Of a stretch of DNA of 64,000 bases, positions 60,840 to 64,000 are shown one piece after another. Numbering within the stretch: the first letter of the stretch is position 1; each line of letters starts with the position of its first letter. A program made the position numbers and the translations under genes. This stretch comes from Deferribacterales bacterium (GTDB taxonomy: Bacteria > Chrysiogenota > Deferribacteres > Deferribacterales > Geovibrionaceae): contig JBFWLW010000009.1 of assembly GCA_050251945.1 (NCBI GenBank), positions 1 to 64,000 of the forward strand. Direction: 5' to 3'. Below the pieces are notes generated by a model. It was not told the DNA's origin. It saw nothing but the letters and a program-made list of their open reading frames with translations, and made no database searches.

Positions 60840-61625
60840 TCATACTTTTTTAAATATCGCAGAGAGGTTTTCAAGACACGGCAGAACCTCTCTGACAGAT
60901 GATACTTTGTCGACATCTATGTCAGCATAGACAACACATTCGTCGGTTCCCGCCTCCGTTTCGCAGAGACCGAACGGCGAATATACTGCTGAATGACCGG
61001 AAAAACTGCCGCCGCAGATATCCGCACATGCAAAATAGGCTGTGTTTTCAAGTGCGCGCGCAGAAAGAAGTGTTTTAAGGTGGTGTAATTTATGTTCACC
61101 GGAATACCATGCGGCGGGAACAAGAAAGAGCTGAACACCGCTGAGCGCCGCACCGCGAAAAACCTCCGGAAAGCGCAGGTCGTAGCATATACCGAGACTG
61201 CATCTCACTCCGCATACTTCAAATTCCTGCGGAAGTATGCTTCCGGCGATCATATCGTCCGATTCCTTAACCGACAGAGCATCGAAAAGGTGCAGTTTGC
61301 GGTAAACTGCCTTCGTGCCTCCGTCGGGAGCAACCACCACGGCAGTGTTATAAACTTTTTCGGCTGCTGTCTTTTCCCAGAGGCACACACAGGCGTGAAC
61401 CCCCGCCTCTTCGCAGGCTTTCCGCACCTCTGTGATGAATTCACCTTTATCTATATCCTCCGCCATATCGGAGAGCGACACCGAATCGGTTTTCACCCCC
61501 ATACAAGTCTCTGGAAAAAGGATAAGGTCGCTGCCCAGCCCGTAGCGTTTAATTGCCGATAATATCTTATCGAGGTTCTCTTTTTTGTTCTGTCCGTGTT
61601 TTATCTGTGCTATCGCCAGTTTCAT
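60840..61625 (-). CDS. carbon-nitrogen hydrolase (Nit1/YafV-like amidase)
   Basis: FPE, YRKLHLFD, ICYDLRFPE catalytic-triad motifs. Confidence 0.92.
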   Translation of the reverse strand: MKLAIAQIKHGQNKKENLDKILSAIKRYGLGSDLILFPETCMGVKTDSVSLSDMAEDIDKGEFITEVRKACEEAGVHACVCLWEKTAAEKVYNTAVVVAPDGGTKAVYRKLHLFDALSVKESDDMIAGSILPQEFEVCGVRCSLGICYDLRFPEVFRGAALSGVQLFLVPAAWYSGEHKLHHLKTLLSARALENTAYFACADICGGSFSGHSAVYSPFGLCETEAGTDECVVYADIDVDKVSSVREVLPCLENLSAIFKKV

Positions 61626-61798
61626 ATATCACCGTTTTAACAAGTCTTTGTTTGCATTATGCTTCAAAAGCTGATAAAAACCTTGCAGTTACTCCGGTTG
61701 TTCATATTGTATGAGGCAGGCTTTTTAAAAGCAAGCACACAAATTCGGAATAAAATAACCTTTGTTATTTTTTTATAAACAAAAAATGAGGTGAAACT

Positions 61799-62089
61799 AT
61801 GGGCTGCTGCGGCGGAAACAACCATAAGGAAGACAAATGCGGCTGTGAAAGCGACGGTTGCGGAACTCCCGAAGAGATGATGAGCTTCGCGTTCAATCTT
61901 GAAAAATCAATGTTTGAAGAGCTGAACGAAGCTGCGAAAGCAAACGAAATGAGCTTTGAAGAGTTCATCTACAACTGTATGGAAGTGGGCATTGCCATCA
62001 CAAACGGCGAACTCGCTCTCATAGACACAGATCAGCTTAACTGCTGTGAAGAAGGCGAAGAAGAGGAAGGCGGCTGCGACTGTAAATAA
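61799..62089 (+). CDS. small acidic Cys-rich protein with RHH-like core
   Basis: SD GAGGTG; Cys clusters at both ends; central strand-helix-helix pattern. Confidence 0.75.
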   Translation: MGCCGGNNHKEDKCGCESDGCGTPEEMMSFAFNLEKSMFEELNEAAKANEMSFEEFIYNCMEVGIAITNGELALIDTDQLNCCEEGEEEEGGCDCK

Positions 62090-64000
62090 TACCACGGCTG
62101 GATCTCGCGGTATATCGCCACGGTACGTGTGCGGATGTCCGTAACCAGTCTTAAAGGTTTTTTGGAGAATCTGAAGTAGCCCACGACCTTTTCAAGCCCT
62201 TCAGGTTCTTCAACAGCCTTTCTTATCATATTGACAGCCTTGACTATTGTATCGTCCATAAGAAAATTATCCTTATCCTCAAGCACACAGATATAGGTCA
62301 TATTCGATTCCACAACCTCGTGGAAAAAATGCGTTCCGTATGACATCTCCGGCACCAGCCCGCGCTCAATCCTGCCTATCTCGACAACTGCCTGCATTCC
62401 GTCTATATCCGAGAAACTCACCGGAACACCAAGCGACGTGACGCTGGAACCCCACCTGCCGTAACCCATAAGCACACTGCTGAACCCTTTCTCTTTCACC
62501 CGCTGATTCAGGATACCGATTACTCTGGCACATTCCTTCTTTTTTTCCGGCGGCAGAAGGACGTATTCGTCCCAGTTCACATATATCACCGTATCAATTG
62601 GTATTGAGTTGTTGCCGCCCAGAAACGTTCCCTTCGCCTTGAATACGGTATATTCGCGGCTTCCGGCGCGGTTGTCCTCGTCGCTGATACGCTGAACCTG
62701 AACAGGTCTGCATTGCAGGATATTTATAAAATACTGCTGTTCATCCTGAAAGCTGATGGTAAACTCTATCTCCACAGGGCTGTTGTACTCCGTTTCAAGG
62801 GTTTTCAGCACCTCGGCAAGGGTCTTTATCACAGAAGTTTTGTTTATCACGTGGTCAAGGTCAACCATCCATGAAGTTATATTGGAGCCTGTGGCGCGGT
62901 AAATGGTCTTCTCGGTCTCAATATCTCTCGACGCTATCAGGTTCAGAGACGGTCTGAACGACGTCTGGTCAAGGTCGGAAGGTTTTATTTCACGTATCCT
63001 GTTCGCAACCGTGTCAACCACGTCCATAAGCCGCTGGCTGTATACTCTCTTGTTCTCGGCACCGGGCATAGGGTTATCGTTTGGTCTGTTGACGGCTATC
63101 ATCCGCGCATAATCTGTCCCGCACCGGCTGACAGCCCTTGTGCCAAGCCCCGCAACCATACGCAGAAGCCCCGATTCGGGGTCTATTTTTTTATCCCATA
63201 CGAACGAGTTATAAGAATGTCCCACTCCAGCTATGTGAGGGAAGAAAAAATTTCCCTGATACACGCCGGAAACGCGCTGTATCACCACAGACATGACATC
63301 CGCCCTGTCGTGGAGTCTCGCCGCTTTTTTATAACTCTGCGCCTCGCGGGCAAAGGTGCTGGCGAAAACTGATTTGACAACGTCCGCAAGCTGGGAAAGC
63401 ATCTGCGCGTCGTCACCCGAAAGGATGCAGAAACGGCTTTCGTATCTTCCTGCGTACGAACTGCGGAAGCTGTCCTCCTGCAATGAGCTTGAACGCACAA
63501 TGATGGGAAAGTGACCGTAATAGTCTACAAGGTCTTCCAGACGTTCCAGTATCTCAGGAGGCATCCTGCCGTTCATGACAAGCCTGTGGAGCCTTCTGCT
63601 CTTGTTTCCGTCGGGATCGTGGGAAAACGAGATATAATCGTCCCATAAGCTGTTGTATATCAGAAAAGTATAGAAAGCATCCGCGCCCAGAAAAAAGCTG
63701 TCGTCGCTTTCCGCGAAGTATTTAAGAAGGTGCGGAAGTTTTTTGCGGATTATCTTTCTGGCGATAAGCATACCCGCCGCCTTTCCGCCTATGAAGCCGG
63801 AACCTATTGTACGCTTGCGGATTATCTTCATCTCTTCAAGGGTGAAGTTGTTCGCAGCAAGCTCAAGTATGCGCTCGTCCATGCCGAGAAGAACGCGGCA
63901 CAGTCTGTTCACAGCCTCCTGCTCTTCCGAGTCCCCGTCACCGAGGAACAGATCGTCCAGACAGGTGAAATACTGCATGTCGCTCCGTCTGTCCGGCGGA
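62032..64000 (-). CDS. PEP/pyruvate-binding (PPDK_N) domain protein; 5' end probably outside the window
   Basis: IGGKAAG, IVRSSSLQED, GLGTRAV, LQCRP, GRWGS, SYGTHFF. Confidence 0.85.
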   Translation of the reverse strand, partial: PPDRRSDMQYFTCLDDLFLGDGDSEEQEAVNRLCRVLLGMDERILELAANNFTLEEMKIIRKRTIGSGFIGGKAAGMLIARKIIRKKLPHLLKYFAESDDSFFLGADAFYTFLIYNSLWDDYISFSHDPDGNKSRRLHRLVMNGRMPPEILERLEDLVDYYGHFPIIVRSSSLQEDSFRSSYAGRYESRFCILSGDDAQMLSQLADVVKSVFASTFAREAQSYKKAARLHDRADVMSVVIQRVSGVYQGNFFFPHIAGVGHSYNSFVWDKKIDPESGLLRMVAGLGTRAVSRCGTDYARMIAVNRPNDNPMPGAENKRVYSQRLMDVVDTVANRIREIKPSDLDQTSFRPSLNLIASRDIETEKTIYRATGSNITSWMVDLDHVINKTSVIKTLAEVLKTLETEYNSPVEIEFTISFQDEQQYFINILQCRPVQVQRISDEDNRAGSREYTVFKAKGTFLGGNNSIPIDTVIYVNWDEYVLLPPEKKKECARVIGILNQRVKEKGFSSVLMGYGRWGSSVTSLGVPVSFSDIDGMQAVVEIGRIERGLVPEMSYGTHFFHEVVESNMTYICVLEDKDNFLMDDTIVKAVNMIRKAVEEPEGLEKVVGYFRFSKKPLRLVTDIRTRTVAIYREIQPWYYLQSQPPSSSSPSSQQLS

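Noticed and set aside
1960..63500. Numerous antisense and alternate-frame ORFs in the track (e.g. 10894-11625, 36659-37447, 45956-46816, 53700-54539)
   Set aside because: Shadows of well-supported genes with no motifs of their own.
1..64000. CRISPR array, rRNA, tRNA, transposase or integrase genes
   Set aside because: No regularly spaced repeat-spacer array or such genes were seen; the repeats are dispersed palindromes.

Overview
Mostly core chromosome of an anaerobic or microaerophilic respiring bacterium. Gene style suggests Deferribacterales; this is an inference. The left ~1.95 kb is an AT-rich island edge carrying the 3' end of a CHAT (caspase-like) gene and an ApeA-type HEPN nuclease gene. 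The rest holds a ThiF/MoeB-family gene, pyk, a clostripain-like peptidase, a hybOABCD [NiFe]-hydrogenase operon, two RlmI-like methyltransferases, several two-component and chemoreceptor genes, a class II photolyase, argO/argP, a BioB-like radical SAM gene with amino-acid exporters, an A2-type cytochrome c oxidase operon, potABCD, two paralogous ~1000-aa surface lipoproteins flanking gltX-glnS, an HD-GYP protein and a PPDK_N-domain gene cut by the window end. Non-coding highlights: (1) an apparently unannotated ~190-nt structured RNA (~17911-18100) with a near-consensus sigma54 promoter and two upstream TGGC-N8-GCCA palindromes; the same palindrome recurs upstream of the neighbouring NtrC-family activator gene, giving a LuxO/Qrr-like layout. 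(2) Four copies of an IS1182-like MITE that carry REP-like palindromes and each duplicate the hairpin they insert into. (3) A second family of structurally covarying repeats. No rRNA, tRNA, CRISPR array or transposase gene was seen.
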